Positions 39,136-49,885 of a stretch of DNA of 64,000 nt are shown here, piece by piece. Position numbers and translations under genes: made by a program. Under the pieces are notes generated by a model. That model searched no databases and was not told the DNA's origin. It was given only the letters and a program-made list of their open reading frames with translations. The DNA comes from an uncultured delta proteobacterium (GTDB taxonomy: Bacteria; Myxococcota_A; Polyangia; Fen-1088). Position 1 is the first letter of the stretch, and every line of letters starts with the position of its first letter. The stretch covers positions 224,001 through 288,000 of the forward strand of contig CAVWIP010000008.1 of NCBI GenBank assembly GCA_963755125.1, given 5' to 3'.

Positions 39136-39358
39136 AGGCGAACCGGCGGCCAGCGACACCACGAGGAGGACCAGCGCGAACCGGTAGCCAACCCCGCGAA
39201 CGGTCTCGACGTGGTCGCCGGCTGCGCCCAGCTTCTCGCGCAGACGCTTGACGTGGGCTTGGTCGCATGGGCCCCGAACACCAGCCGGATCGCCGGTCTT
39301 GGGGCCACAAGCGCCACCTCACGTGCCTGGGAGCAAGTCGATAGACGTTTGCTCTTTC

Positions 39359-39376
39359 TTGTCACATTATCGTCGC
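39359..39376 (+). promoter_or_regulatory. Pho-box-like repeat upstream of PiT
   Basis: TTGTCAC-ATTA-TCGTCGC. Confidence 0.5.
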
Positions 39377-39437
39377 AAATTTGCAACGCAGCAGACCCAA
39401 TCGCCGACCCACCGGATTCCCGAACATGACCGAAAAT

Positions 39438-39600
39438 CTAGCACTACTGGTTGATATTCGGACCGAGCCCTCGGGAGCGAGGATGACCGATGACGACGCG
39501 CGACGAGGGATGATACTGAACGTATCTGACCGAGGAGCAAGAAAGTCAGCGGTCCCCGCAGACCCGAGGGTGACGGGAGAATTTCAATCAGTAGTGCTAG
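39438..39600. repeat. 163-bp rod-like inverted-repeat element (MITE or structured RNA)
   Basis: Arms 39438-39459 and 39579-39600 are 20/22 complementary, both with terminal CTAG; inner pairs CCCTCGGG/CCCGAGGG and GACCGaTGAC/GTCAgCGGTC. Confidence 0.75.
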
Positions 39601-39658
39601 CCAGTCCGCGAGAACGCGGTCAGCGCGACCGTACCGCGTGCGGAGGCGCGATCCGGCC

Positions 39659-40675
39659 ATGACCGCCGGCCATATAGTCCTCATCATCGCAGTCGTGGTG
39701 GCCGCTCTGGCGTTCGACTTCATCAACGGCTTCCACGACGCCGCCAACTCGATCGCCACCATCGTGTCCACCCGCGTGCTCACCCCGTTCCGGGCGGTGC
39801 TGTGGGCCGCGTTCTTCAACTTCATTGCCTTTGCCCTGTTCAAGTTGCACGTGGCCAGCACCATCGGCAAAGGCATCATCGACCCCGCCGTGGTGGACAT
39901 GGCGGTCATCATTGGCGCGCTGGCCGGCGCCATCGCCTGGAACCTGCTGACCTGGTGGTGGGGATTGCCGTCCAGCTCGTCGCACGCCCTGGTGGGCGGG
40001 CTGATCGGGGCAGGCGTTTCCAAGGCGGGCCCGGGCATCCTGGGCTGGGGCAAGATCGGCGCCACCGCCGCGTTCATTCTGATCTCTCCTCTGCTTGGCT
40101 ATTTCGGCGCTGCAATTTTGATGATTGGATGCTCGTGGCTGCTGCGCAGGCAGACCCCAGGCCGGGTGGACAAGTGGTTCCGTCGCTTGCAGTTCCTGTC
40201 CGCTTCGGCCTTTAGCCTCAACCACGGTGGCAACGACGCCCAGAAAACCATGGGAATCATAGCCGTGCTGCTCTACTCGCAAGGTCTCTTGGGCAAAACC
40301 TTCCCCAGCACGACGAATTTCCCGCTATGGATCGTGCTCTCCTGCCACGCGGCCATGGGCCTGGGCACCATGGCGGGCGGCTGGCGAATCGTGAAGACCA
40401 TGGGCATGCGCCTGACCAAGCTGCGACCGTTCGGCGGCTTCTGCGCCGAGACCGGCGGCTCGCTGGCCATCTTCATCGCGACCCAACTAGGCATCCCGGT
40501 TTCCACCACCCACACCATCACAGGCGCCATCGTCGGCGTGGGCTCTGTCTCCAACCCAGGCCGAGTGCGCTGGGGCCTGGCCAGCCGGATTCTTTGGGCG
40601 TGGATCTTCACCATTCCCGCCTCCGCTGTCATCGCTGCCATCACCTACTTCATCGCGCGCGCGCTGGGCGCGTGA
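39659..40675 (+). CDS. PiT-family inorganic phosphate transporter
   Basis: NGFHDAANSIAT, PSSSSHAL, HGGNDAQK, PVSTTH. Confidence 0.95.
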   Translation: MTAGHIVLIIAVVVAALAFDFINGFHDAANSIATIVSTRVLTPFRAVLWAAFFNFIAFALFKLHVASTIGKGIIDPAVVDMAVIIGALAGAIAWNLLTWWWGLPSSSSHALVGGLIGAGVSKAGPGILGWGKIGATAAFILISPLLGYFGAAILMIGCSWLLRRQTPGRVDKWFRRLQFLSASAFSLNHGGNDAQKTMGIIAVLLYSQGLLGKTFPSTTNFPLWIVLSCHAAMGLGTMAGGWRIVKTMGMRLTKLRPFGGFCAETGGSLAIFIATQLGIPVSTTHTITGAIVGVGSVSNPGRVRWGLASRILWAWIFTIPASAVIAAITYFIARALGA

Positions 40676-40708
40676 TCTCAGGCGAGCTGCCAACTCGCTG
40701 ACCGTTTA

Positions 40709-41002
40709 TCAGTCGCTGCGGGATTTCGAAGCGCGGATTCGGGCGATGGCCGCCGCCCACAGCGAGGATTCTCGAACCCTGGCCGGCGCAGAGGGCCGCT
40801 CGACTGCCGGGGCATCGTTGTCGTCGTCACACATCCCATCTGCCACGACCTCGTCGTCGTCGGGCTCTCCGCCTGGCCATGCGGGTTCACGATCCCACGG
40901 ATTCTCCTTCGCTTTGGGTGGTGGCACCCTTTTCACTTGACGGTCGCCGGGCACGGGCTCACTCGGTCTTTGGCGAGGATTGTCGTCGGTCATGACATGC
41001 AT
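40709..41002 (-). CDS. Small acidic hypothetical protein
   Basis: GAGGAGG RBS before ATG 41002; Pho-box-like site upstream. Confidence 0.5.
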   Translation of the reverse strand: MHVMTDDNPRQRPSEPVPGDRQVKRVPPPKAKENPWDREPAWPGGEPDDDEVVADGMCDDDNDAPAVERPSAPARVRESSLWAAAIARIRASKSRSD

Positions 41003-41035
41003 GGAACCTCCTCGTTTTCAGTTTGACCGACGGTG

Positions 41036-41053
41036 GTGACGAATATGTGACGT
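41036..41053 (-). promoter_or_regulatory. Pho-box-like repeat
   Basis: Minus strand ACGTCAC-ATAT-TCGTCAC. Confidence 0.55.
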
Positions 41054-41184
41054 AAGGGAAAACTCTTGCGCACGGCCGGTGTCCCCCATCGTGGGCGCGC
41101 CACGCCGATCCCCCAACCTGCCGCCCTGATTGCGTTTTCATCGTGCCTCCCAAGCGCGCCTGATGTTGTGATAAAAGCCGAGCC

Positions 41185-42738
41185 ATGAGCAAAATAGCGC
41201 GGGCCCTCATCTCGGTTTCGGACAAGACCGGCGTCGTGGATCTCGGCCGCCGGTTGGCAAAACTTGGCGTCGAGATTCTGTCCACCGGAGGCACGGCGCG
41301 CTCGCTGCGCGAGGCCGGGCTGACGGTGCGCGACGTGAGCGACTTCACCAGCTTTCCCGAGATGCTCGACGGCCGGGTGAAAACCCTGCACCCGCTCGTA
41401 CACGGCGGCATCCTCGGCCGGCCCACGCCCGAGCACGAGAAGCAGATGAAGGAGCACAAGATCCATCGCATCGATCTGGTGGTGGTGAATCTGTATCCAT
41501 TTCGCGAAACCGTGGCGCGCGGAGCGGCCTTCGAGGAAGTCATCGAGAACATCGACATCGGCGGCCCGGCCATGGTGCGCTCGGCGGCCAAGAACCACGA
41601 ACGGGTGGCCGTGGTGGTCGATCCCAAGGACTACGACCGCGTGCTGGGTGAGATCGAAAGCAAAGGCGAGGTCTCGCCTGCGCTGCGCTTCGAGCTTTGC
41701 CGCAAGGCTTTTTCCCACACCGCCGCCTACGACGGCGCCATCGCCAGCCACCTGGGCCGTCTGGCGGACGACGGCAGCGTGGCCGCGGATTTTCCCGCCA
41801 CCATGCACCCGTCGCTGCACCTGGAGCGCGTGCTCCGCTACGGCGAGAACCCGCACCAGAAGGCCGCCTTCTATTCGTGGGATGCGCCGTCCGGGATGTC
41901 GCTGGCCAAGGCCGAAGTCTTGCAGGGCAAAGAGCTTTCCTATAACAACCTGCTCGACCTCGACGCCGCCATGAAGCTGTGCGCGGAATTCGAAACCCCC
42001 GCGGCGTGCATCATCAAGCACACCAACCCTTGCGGCATCGCGGTTTCGGAAAAAGGCATCAACGAAGCCTTCCGCCTGGCCAAGGAAACCGATCCGGTGT
42101 CTGCCTTTGGCGGCATCGTGGCCTTCAATCGCACCGCCGACGCGGATCTGGCGCGCATGATGGGCGAGGGTTTCCTGGAATGTGTGGTGGCGCCCGACTA
42201 CACGCCGGAAGCCTTGCAGGTTTTCGCCGGCAAGAAGAACCTGCGCTTGCTGCGCGCCAAGCTGGCGCCAGGCGCGGCCGGGCAACTCGACCTGCGCGCC
42301 ATCTCGGGTGGCATGCTGGTGCAATCGAGCGACATCACCACCTGCGCGGCCTCCGCGGGCAAAATCGTGTCCGCGCGCAAACCCACCGCGCAGGAACTGG
42401 CTGACCTCGACTTCGGCTGGCGCGTGGCCAAGCACGTGAAGTCCAACGCCATCGTGTTCGTGGGCGGCGGCCGTACCCTGGGCGTGGGCGCGGGCCAGAT
42501 GTCGCGCGTGGATTCGGTCAAGCTGGCCGTGTCCAAGGCGCGCTCGCCGCTCACCGGCTCGGTACTGGCATCCGACGCCTTCTTCCCCTTCCGCGACGGC
42601 ATCGACGAGGCGGCCAAGGCGGGCGTCACCGCCATCATCGAGCCCGGCGGATCGGTGCGCGACGCCGAGGTCATCGCCGCGGCCGACGAGCACAAGATCG
42701 CGCTGGTCTTCACCGGCGAGCGCCACTTCCGGCACTAG
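41185..42738 (+). CDS. purH: Bifunctional AICAR transformylase / IMP cyclohydrolase
   Basis: [34 protein letters not shown], ends RHFRH. Confidence 0.98.
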   Translation: MSKIARALISVSDKTGVVDLGRRLAKLGVEILSTGGTARSLREAGLTVRDVSDFTSFPEMLDGRVKTLHPLVHGGILGRPTPEHEKQMKEHKIHRIDLVVVNLYPFRETVARGAAFEEVIENIDIGGPAMVRSAAKNHERVAVVVDPKDYDRVLGEIESKGEVSPALRFELCRKAFSHTAAYDGAIASHLGRLADDGSVAADFPATMHPSLHLERVLRYGENPHQKAAFYSWDAPSGMSLAKAEVLQGKELSYNNLLDLDAAMKLCAEFETPAACIIKHTNPCGIAVSEKGINEAFRLAKETDPVSAFGGIVAFNRTADADLARMMGEGFLECVVAPDYTPEALQVFAGKKNLRLLRAKLAPGAAGQLDLRAISGGMLVQSSDITTCAASAGKIVSARKPTAQELADLDFGWRVAKHVKSNAIVFVGGGRTLGVGAGQMSRVDSVKLAVSKARSPLTGSVLASDAFFPFRDGIDEAAKAGVTAIIEPGGSVRDAEVIAAADEHKIALVFTGERHFRH

Positions 42739-42749
42739 ACAGTCTCCGC

Positions 42750-44069
42750 ATGAGACACAGGATTCTTCTCGTCGGCTCGGGCGGGCGCGAGCACGCACTG
42801 GCCTGGAAACTGCTGCAAAGCCCACTGTGCGATCACCTGGTGGCCGCTCCAGGCAACCCCGGCATCGAGGCACTTGGCCGCGGCAAAGGGCCGGGCGCCG
42901 GCAAGGTCGTCCTGGCGCCGGTGGCAGCCGAGGCGGTGAACGAACTGGTGGCACTGGCCAGTCGCGAGCGCATCGGTTTCGTGGTGTGCGGCCCCGAGGT
43001 AGCGCTGAACAAGGGACTGGGCGACGCCTTTGCCAAGCAGGGGATTGCGTTCTTCGGCCCGTCGCAGGCAGCGGCTGAGATCGAGGGATCGAAGAAATTC
43101 GCCAAGGATCTGATGAAACGCGCCGGCGTGCCCACCGCGGCCTACGGCAGCTTCGACGATATCGCAGCAGCCGATGCCTTCATCGACAGCCAGCCCGGCG
43201 ACGTCGTGGTCAAGGCTGACGGGCTGTGCGCGGGCAAGGGCGTGGTGGTCGCGTCTTCTCACGACGAGGCCAAGACCGCGGCCCGCGCCATGCTGCTGGA
43301 CCGAAACTTTGGCGAGGCCGGCGCCCGCGTGGTCATCGAAGAACGCCTCACCGGCCGCGAGTGTTCCATGATGGCTCTTTGCGACGGCGAACGCTTCGTG
43401 CTGCTGGCAACGGCCGAGGACCACAAAGCGGCGTTCGACGGCGATCGCGGGCCCAACACCGGCGGCATGGGCGCGTATTCACCGTCGCCGCTGGTCGACG
43501 CGGCTCTCACCGAGCGCATCGCTCGAACAATCTTCGCGCCCACGGTGGCTGCCATGGCTGCAATGGGCCGACCGTTTCGCGGGCTGCTCTACGGCGGACT
43601 GATGCTGACCCCGGATCGCGGGCCCATGGTCATCGAATGGAACTGTCGCTTCGGCGATCCCGAGACGCAGGCGGTGTTGCCGCGCATGGAAGATGACCTT
43701 CTGCCTTGGCTGTTCCACACGGCCCAAGGAACATTGCCCGCCGGCTCGCCAACCTGGTCGCCCGGGATCGCAGTGTGCGTGGTGCTGGCAGCCGCCGGCT
43801 ATCCGGGCAAGGTGCGCAGCGGCGATGCCATCGACGGCCTCGCCGAAAACGGGCAGCTTGCCGGCGAAGGAACCGATCTGGTCGTGTTTCACGCCGGCAC
43901 AAAGCGCGACGGGCAGCGTTTGCTTACCAGTGGCGGCCGCGTACTGGGCGTGACTGCGCGGGGCGCGGACCTCGATTCGGCGCGTGCTCGCGCCTACAGT
44001 GGCATTGACCGCATTCATTGGACCGGCATGCACTATCGCAAAGACATTGGCCTGCGAGGACGAACATGA
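42750..44069 (+). CDS. purD: Phosphoribosylamine-glycine ligase
   Basis: [36 protein letters not shown]. Confidence 0.98.
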   Translation: MRHRILLVGSGGREHALAWKLLQSPLCDHLVAAPGNPGIEALGRGKGPGAGKVVLAPVAAEAVNELVALASRERIGFVVCGPEVALNKGLGDAFAKQGIAFFGPSQAAAEIEGSKKFAKDLMKRAGVPTAAYGSFDDIAAADAFIDSQPGDVVVKADGLCAGKGVVVASSHDEAKTAARAMLLDRNFGEAGARVVIEERLTGRECSMMALCDGERFVLLATAEDHKAAFDGDRGPNTGGMGAYSPSPLVDAALTERIARTIFAPTVAAMAAMGRPFRGLLYGGLMLTPDRGPMVIEWNCRFGDPETQAVLPRMEDDLLPWLFHTAQGTLPAGSPTWSPGIAVCVVLAAAGYPGKVRSGDAIDGLAENGQLAGEGTDLVVFHAGTKRDGQRLLTSGGRVLGVTARGADLDSARARAYSGIDRIHWTGMHYRKDIGLRGRT

Positions 44070-44569
44070 GTGGAAAACTGGGAAGCGACGTAGCCGTCTT
44101 GATGGGGTCGAAGTCCGACCTGGAAATGATGAAGCCGGCGGCCCAGACCTGCCGGAAGCTCGGCCTCAGTGTGGACGTGCGCGTGCTTTCGGCCCATCGC
44201 ACGCCCGAGCAGACCGCGGCCTATGTGCGCGACACGGCCAGGGCAGGCACCAAGGTCTTCATTTGCGGGGCAGGCGGCGCGGCCCACTTGGCTGGCGCAG
44301 TGGCGGCCCACACCACTCACCCGGTGATTGGCGTACCGATTGCCGCCGGCAGCCTGCAAGGCATGGACGCGCTTCTGTCCACTGCAATGATGCCCCCGGG
44401 AATCCCAGTGGCGACTGTGGCCATTGGCGGCGCCGAGAACGCGGGTCTGCTGGCCGCGCAGATCATTGCGCTCGGCGATCCCGCGCTGGCCAAGGCCGTG
44501 GCCGCCGAACGCGAGGCGCGGCTGCAAAAGGTGCTGGAAGCCGACGCCGAAGTGCGCGACAAGTGGTAG
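44066..44569 (+). CDS. purE: N5-CAIR mutase
   Basis: MGSKSD, SAHRTP, AGGAAHLAG, MPPGIPVATV; ATGA overlap with purD. Confidence 0.97.
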   Translation: MSGKLGSDVAVLMGSKSDLEMMKPAAQTCRKLGLSVDVRVLSAHRTPEQTAAYVRDTARAGTKVFICGAGGAAHLAGAVAAHTTHPVIGVPIAAGSLQGMDALLSTAMMPPGIPVATVAIGGAENAGLLAAQIIALGDPALAKAVAAEREARLQKVLEADAEVRDKW

Positions 44570-45141
44570 ACGTCGCCGCTGCAGCCGTGGCGATTCTTCG
44601 TGGCGAAGTCGTCGCCTTTCCGACCGAGACCTTCTATGGCCTGGCTGTCGACGTACTCAATGAGAGCGCATTGTCCAGATTGCGCGCATTGAAAGGCCGC
44701 GAAGCCGAGAAAGCCTTCTCACTCCTGATTTCCGGCCGCGAGATGTTGTCTTCTCTGTGCAGCGAAGTTTCGCCGCTGGCCGCGAGTCTGATGGCGCAGT
44801 ACTGGCCCGGCCCATTGACCCTGGCATTGCCCGCGCGCCCGGGACTGCCCGCGTCTATCGTGGCTGACGGGTGCGTGGCGGTTCGGGTATCGCCCCATCC
44901 ACTCGCACAAGCGTTGGTGGTTGCGCTTGGCCGCCCCATCACCGCCACCAGCGCCAATCCCGCAGGAGCAACCCCATCCCGCACAGCCAGCGAAGTCGCC
45001 GCCTACTTTGGTTCGCCGACTTGTCTGATCCTCGACGGCGGCGCGACCCCCGGCGGTCAGCCCAGCACCCTGGTCCGCGTGCGCGGGGAGCACGTGGAGA
45101 TTCTCCGCCAGGGAGCGGTGGTTCTGGCGGGCGCGGGCTGA
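44563..45141 (+). CDS. tsaC: L-threonylcarbamoyladenylate synthase (Sua5/YrdC family)
   Basis: VAFPTETFYGL, KGR, YWPGPLT, TATSAN; GTG start overlaps the purE stop. Confidence 0.9.
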   Translation: MVDVAAAAVAILRGEVVAFPTETFYGLAVDVLNESALSRLRALKGREAEKAFSLLISGREMLSSLCSEVSPLAASLMAQYWPGPLTLALPARPGLPASIVADGCVAVRVSPHPLAQALVVALGRPITATSANPAGATPSRTASEVAAYFGSPTCLILDGGATPGGQPSTLVRVRGEHVEILRQGAVVLAGAG

Positions 45142-45196
45142 ACGCTGCGAGGATCGGATGGCGTTGGCCGCCATCTCGACGCGGCTTCAGTGAGGA

Positions 45197-45463
45197 GTGG
45201 CGCTAGGGCTCGACGGCTCATACGACTATTCGCAGGCCGCAGGCCGTGGGCGGGTATCGCCGGAGGACGCGGCGTTTATGGCCGAGGTGTACCGGATCCT
45301 CGACCGCCTGCCCACAGCTGAACGCTTGGCCTGGTCGCTGCGCCATGTGGACGGGGAGCGGCTTGATGAGGTGGCCGAGCACTGCGGTTGTTCGCTGGCC
45401 ACAGCCAAGCGCCGGATCGCAGCCGTGCAAGCACGGATTCAACGGGAGATCGACCATGTCTGA
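45197..45463 (+). pseudogene. 3' fragment of an ECF sigma factor (region 4 only)
   Basis: LDRLPTAERLAWSLRHVDGERLDEVAEHCGCSLATAKRR; region 2 absent. Confidence 0.7.
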
Positions 45464-45911
45464 CCTGGCAGAACGCGTCCGTTCCATCGGCGAGCAAATG
45501 GACGCGAACTACGGCCCGGAGCGCACCACACGGGCGCTGATCCGCTTGCACGCAGGGCTGCGCCGCCGTCGGGCCAGGCGCGTGGCGCTGGGCTCGCTAG
45601 CGGCGTTGCTGTGCCTTTTTGCTGGGGCCTTCTGGGCGCTGCGCCACGGCCACGAAATCGCCGTGCCTGTGACGCGGCCACAGCCCGATGTGTTGTTCAG
45701 CCTGAGCGACGGCTCGGTCGTGACTCCGCTCGACCCGAGTAGCCGCCTGGTGGCCAAGACGGTCTCGCCCCGCCTGGTGGAATTGGAGTTGATCGCTGGC
45801 GGCGCCCGGTTTGACGTGACACCCAACCGGGAGCGCGAGTTCCGCGTGAGCGCGGGGCGCGTGGCCGTCTTGGTGCTGGGCACGAAATTCACGGTCACGA
45901 GGAGTATGTGA
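45456..45911 (+). pseudogene. Truncated FecR-like anti-sigma protein
   Basis: TM helix, LSDGS..GGARFDVTPN..FRVSAG..VLGTKFTV, then abrupt stop. Confidence 0.7.
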
Positions 45912-46139
45912 AAACCTGGCCATCGGGAAGTCGCGCGCGCGGTCCGGCGCTTCGGGGGCATCCCCTAGTGCAGCCGGGTCTGGTCGTAGTGCTGGTCATG
46001 GCCGTGGAGCTGGGCACCCAGGCCGACAAGGCACCGCTGCGTCTGGAGATCGATGGGTGTCCCGATATCGACCAGGGGGCGGTGAGCCGGGTCTTGACGA
46101 TAGAGCTGGGTGCGACGCTGGAGGACGCAGGCGCCGCGA

Positions 46140-46698
46140 TTTCGCAGTTCCCTTGGGCGATCTGGACGGCGACGGCTTCGACGACCTGGCCATCACGACC
46201 TGGCACAATCAAGTACAAACCGATGATCCGGGTTTCGACACAAACATACTTTTCGGCCGGCCCGACCTCTCAACGCTACAGGTACCGTGGGATGTCACGT
46301 TCCCAAACACCACCGCCCTGGTATCGGCCGATGTGGACGGCGACGGCACCCGCGATCTGATCATGGCCAATCCATATGCCAACAATGGGAATGGCGTGGT
46401 GTACATTCGGAGAGGAACAGGCGCGCGCCTGTCGGGTAGCATTGATCCGACCCTGGCCTCGCTCGCCATCCCGAGCTCCTATCGGTGCACTGGCTCGTGC
46501 CTGGGCTATGGTGAGTTCCTCGGTCAGTGGCTGATGGTAGGCAGCGATGTGGATGGAGACGGTTTGGCTGACATCTTGGTGGGTGCGTCTACCACTTGGA
46601 ACAACTCCGTCGGAGTTCCTTCCAACGACCCGGCCACCAACACGGGACATGCCTATTTGCTCCGTGGCGCAGCCATAAAGGCGTCGCTGTCGCCGTAA
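46140..46698 (+). pseudogene. C-terminal fragment of an FG-GAP/integrin-alpha repeat protein
   Basis: GDLDGDGFDDLAI, ADVDGDGTRDLI, SDVDGDGLADILVGA; no credible start or signal peptide. Confidence 0.65.
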
Positions 46699-46906
46699 CC
46701 GCCAAGGCACCCGCAGGCACCTCCGGCAGTCCTCTCTCCCGGCCGCCGCCTGCGACGGCCGGTCCTAGTTCGACTGTATCGTAAAAGCTGGAGTGAGGGC
46801 GGGCACGATGGAGTAGACTTTCCTGCGTGGTCGCGAACGAGTGTCAGTGCGATAGAATCGACCGCGGTGCCATTGCGACTGAAAAGCGGGAGACCGAAAG
46901 GTTCCA

Positions 46907-48073
46907 TTGAACGGAGACACTCCGCCATCGTCGACCTGGCAGCTTGCTTTGGGGCCCCGCCCTGGGCTCAGCTCGCAGGCACGCCTGTTGGCCCTGGCCC
47001 GATCCAGCCTGGGACTGTCACGCGAGGAAGCGCAGACGCTGTGGGATCGGTTGCCCATGGCCCTGCGGCTGGCCGAGCCCACCGAGCCGCAGATGCAGTG
47101 GTTACGGCAACGCTTCGAGGAACTGGGCCTCGCCGTCACCTTGAGGGCTTTGCCCGGGAAACACCCTGCGTGCACGCGGCATCCCCGCCTGGCCTGCGAG
47201 AGCACCTGCCTGCGCTGTCAACAGACGCCAATCTGCGCGGCCTGTGCCGAACTGGGCCGCCAAGGCATTTGCCAGGCCTGCGAACGCGCGGCCCGGCGCC
47301 GCGTTCGGTTTCGCCGCGTCCGCATCACCGGGTTGCTGGCAATCCTGTTGGCTGTAATTATCGGGACGCTTCGGTCCAACCAGCGCATTGCGAGCTGGGA
47401 ACGCCCTTTGCGCATCGCCATCTTGCCGATCAGTGCGGGTGTGGAAGGCGACGTTCGCGGCTACCTGGACACACTGGCTCCGACGACCTTCGATGAGGTG
47501 GCCAAGTTCGTCCAACGTGAAGGGGAACTCCACCGGGTCGGAACTCGGTCCCTGGTCGAACTGACCTTGGGCCCGAAGCTCGACGACGCGCCCCCGCCGG
47601 CGCCGGGCCCAGACGACCGCTCGGCCGTGAGCGTGGCCTTGTGGAGCCTCAAATTGCGCACCTGGACCTGGCGTATGTCGAGCCGGCTCGGCCTGCCTGA
47701 CGCCGATGTGCGCGTCTTCGCCTTCTTCCACTCGGCGGTGCCGGGCACCGAACTCGAACATTCCCTGGGCATGCGCAAGGGCCGGATCGCCATCGCGCAT
47801 CTTTTTGCCAGCCAGAAGGATGCCCGTACCAACAACGTCGTAATCGCACACGAGATGTTGCACACCCTGGGCGCCACGGACAAATACGACGAGCAAGCCC
47901 TGCCCATCTTCCCCGCGGGCTACGCCGAGCCATCCCGCAAGCCGCGCCTGCCGCAGGTCCGGGCCGAGATCATGGCCGGTCGAATTCCAATCAGCGAAAC
48001 GCTGGCCAAGATGCCCGACAGCCTGGACCAATGCGTGATTGGCCCGGAAACAGCGAGGGAGATTGGGTGGTAG
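46907..48073 (+). CDS. Membrane-anchored zinc metalloprotease-like protein with N-terminal Cys/His zinc finger
   Basis: CTRHP..CxxC..CxxC..CxxC, TM helix, IAHEMLHTLGATDKY. Confidence 0.7.
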   Translation: MNGDTPPSSTWQLALGPRPGLSSQARLLALARSSLGLSREEAQTLWDRLPMALRLAEPTEPQMQWLRQRFEELGLAVTLRALPGKHPACTRHPRLACESTCLRCQQTPICAACAELGRQGICQACERAARRRVRFRRVRITGLLAILLAVIIGTLRSNQRIASWERPLRIAILPISAGVEGDVRGYLDTLAPTTFDEVAKFVQREGELHRVGTRSLVELTLGPKLDDAPPPAPGPDDRSAVSVALWSLKLRTWTWRMSSRLGLPDADVRVFAFFHSAVPGTELEHSLGMRKGRIAIAHLFASQKDARTNNVVIAHEMLHTLGATDKYDEQALPIFPAGYAEPSRKPRLPQVRAEIMAGRIPISETLAKMPDSLDQCVIGPETAREIGW

Positions 48074-48119
48074 AGATGACGAACCGGAGGTCAACAGCGA
48101 GGCATCGCGACCAGCCGCG

Positions 48120-48845
48120 ATGAGCGCTATGATGGCGGCCATGTCCGACCCTCCTCGCACTGCTCTTTCTCCCCCTGGCCTCGTCGCGGAACGCGAGAAG
48201 GTCATCGCGCGTCTGTCCGACGCCTTCGCTCACGATCACCTGGACATGGAAGAATTTGAACACCGCCTGACCCTGGCGCACGAGCGGGATACCATCGCGT
48301 CGATAAACCAACTCGTGGACGATCTTGCAGTGACGGGTGTGGACGTTTTGCCAGGGGCGGCCCTGGCCCACGCGAGCAATTCCCCGGAACACCAGGAAAT
48401 CACCGCCATCTTCGGCGGCCAGGAGATTTCTGGAGCGAAACCCCTGCCTCGCCGACTCACGATCAGGGCGCTGTTCGGCGGCGTGCAGCTGGATCTGCGC
48501 GATGCCCTGTTCCCCGACGGCATTGTTGATGTGGAAATCAAAGCCGTGTTTGGCGGCGTGCAAATCATCGTGCCCCCGAGCTTGGCGGTGGAGTCTCACG
48601 GAGTCGCGATTTTCGGTGGCTTCGAAGGCCTCAACCGCGCCCCTGCCAGTCCCGATCCTTCTTCGCCGCTATTGCGGGTGCGAGGGCGCGTCGTGTTCGG
48701 TGGCGTACAGATCGAGACACGCCTGCCCGGCGAGAACGCGCACTGGCACCATGACCGCGAAGAACGCCATGCCCTTCGCGCGGAGCGCCGCGCGCGCAGA
48801 AACAAGACCAAGAAACTGAATCCGCGCGGTCCCTATGGCCGATAG
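48120..48845 (+). CDS. DUF1707 (SHOCT-like) + LiaF-like domain protein
   Basis: EREKVIARLSDAFAHDHLDMEEFEHRL; repeated A(I/L/V)FGG motifs; start uncertain. Confidence 0.75.
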   Translation: MSAMMAAMSDPPRTALSPPGLVAEREKVIARLSDAFAHDHLDMEEFEHRLTLAHERDTIASINQLVDDLAVTGVDVLPGAALAHASNSPEHQEITAIFGGQEISGAKPLPRRLTIRALFGGVQLDLRDALFPDGIVDVEIKAVFGGVQIIVPPSLAVESHGVAIFGGFEGLNRAPASPDPSSPLLRVRGRVVFGGVQIETRLPGENAHWHHDREERHALRAERRARRNKTKKLNPRGPYGR

Positions 48846-48869
48846 GTTCAACCTGACCACGCCCCGCAC

Positions 48870-48901
48870 GTGCGATTCCGCACGCCTGTGCGGACCCGCC
48901 C
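48870..48901 (+). promoter_or_regulatory. Tandem enhancer (UAS) palindromes for a sigma54 activator
   Basis: GTGCG-ATTC-CGCAC (48870) and GTGCG-GACC-CGCCC (48888), 18 bp apart; same arrangement at 56150-56181. Confidence 0.65.
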
Positions 48902-49008
48902 AGCGCCAAGGGCGGCACGCCAGTGCCGATGTGCGCGCTCCAGACCTATCCCCCGGTGATGTTTCGCGAACTGAGCACGCAGCGTGGACACATGAGCACC
49001 GTTGCAAA

Positions 49009-49024
49009 AGGTGCGTTTCTTGCT
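49009..49024 (+). promoter_or_regulatory. Putative sigma54 -24/-12 promoter
   Basis: AGGTGCGTTTCTTGCT (GG-N10-GC); would give a very short leader. Confidence 0.45.
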
Positions 49025-49038
49025 AGGACTCGGCCCTC

Positions 49039-49866
49039 ATGCACACGGACGCAAACCCTGTCGATGCCGAACGCAGCCCAAAGCTGGGCGACGAGTGGCG
49101 CGATTGGGATGGCCATGCCACGCCCGACGCGGCGGCGCCGAAGCGTCTCTTCTTCGCCCTCATCGTGGGATTTCTCGGCGTCACGGTAGCGGCGAGCCTT
49201 CTGTCGTGGTACCTGGTGGCGCCGCGCCTCGCCGAGTGGCACGCGGCAGCCCCGGCCGTGCTGCTGGACCTGCTGGCGATCCTGCTCACCGCGCTCAGCG
49301 TGGCGCTCGCGCTGGTGGCCCTCATGCTGCTCACCGGCTGGCCGCGCAGCACCCGCGCGTCGTCGCTCGCTCGTCGCATCCTCGCCATGGTCGAACGCCG
49401 TGTCTTCTGGTTGGGCCGCGTCTTGTCGATCAACAAGGATCGACTGGCGCACGCCTTCATTCGCACCAACAATGCCCTCGTGCGGCTGGCCCCGCAGGGC
49501 ATCGCTCCGCAGCGCGTGCTCATTCTTCTCCCGCGCTGCCTGCGCAAGGAGCAACTCGACCAGGCGCGAACCCTGGCGAGGGCGCGCGAGGTCGAGGTGG
49601 CCATCGTTGCCGGCGGCGAGCAGGCACGCCAGCGCATCCGGGAAAAGCGGCCGAGCGTGGTCATTGGCGTCGCCTGCGAACGCGATCTCCTGAGCGGCAT
49701 CCGCGACGTTCGTCACAAGCTCTCGGTCCTGGGCATCGCCAACACGCGGCCCAACGGGCCCTGTCGCGATACGCAGATCGATCTGACGGAGCTCGAAGCG
49801 GCGCTCGATCTTTGTGTCCGCCCGGCGACCGCCCCCAACCTGCTAAAGTCGGGGCTCGTCACCTGA
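49039..49866 (+). CDS. DUF116 family membrane protein
   Basis: Two TM helices, [27 protein letters not shown]. Confidence 0.85.
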   Translation: MHTDANPVDAERSPKLGDEWRDWDGHATPDAAAPKRLFFALIVGFLGVTVAASLLSWYLVAPRLAEWHAAAPAVLLDLLAILLTALSVALALVALMLLTGWPRSTRASSLARRILAMVERRVFWLGRVLSINKDRLAHAFIRTNNALVRLAPQGIAPQRVLILLPRCLRKEQLDQARTLARAREVEVAIVAGGEQARQRIREKRPSVVIGVACERDLLSGIRDVRHKLSVLGIANTRPNGPCRDTQIDLTELEAALDLCVRPATAPNLLKSGLVT

Positions 49867-49885
49867 CAAACTGGAAGCGCCGCAT

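Noticed and set aside
41060..41184. ZMP/ZTP riboswitch before purH
   Set aside because: The conserved GACTGGCG and CGCCTGGG elements are not found
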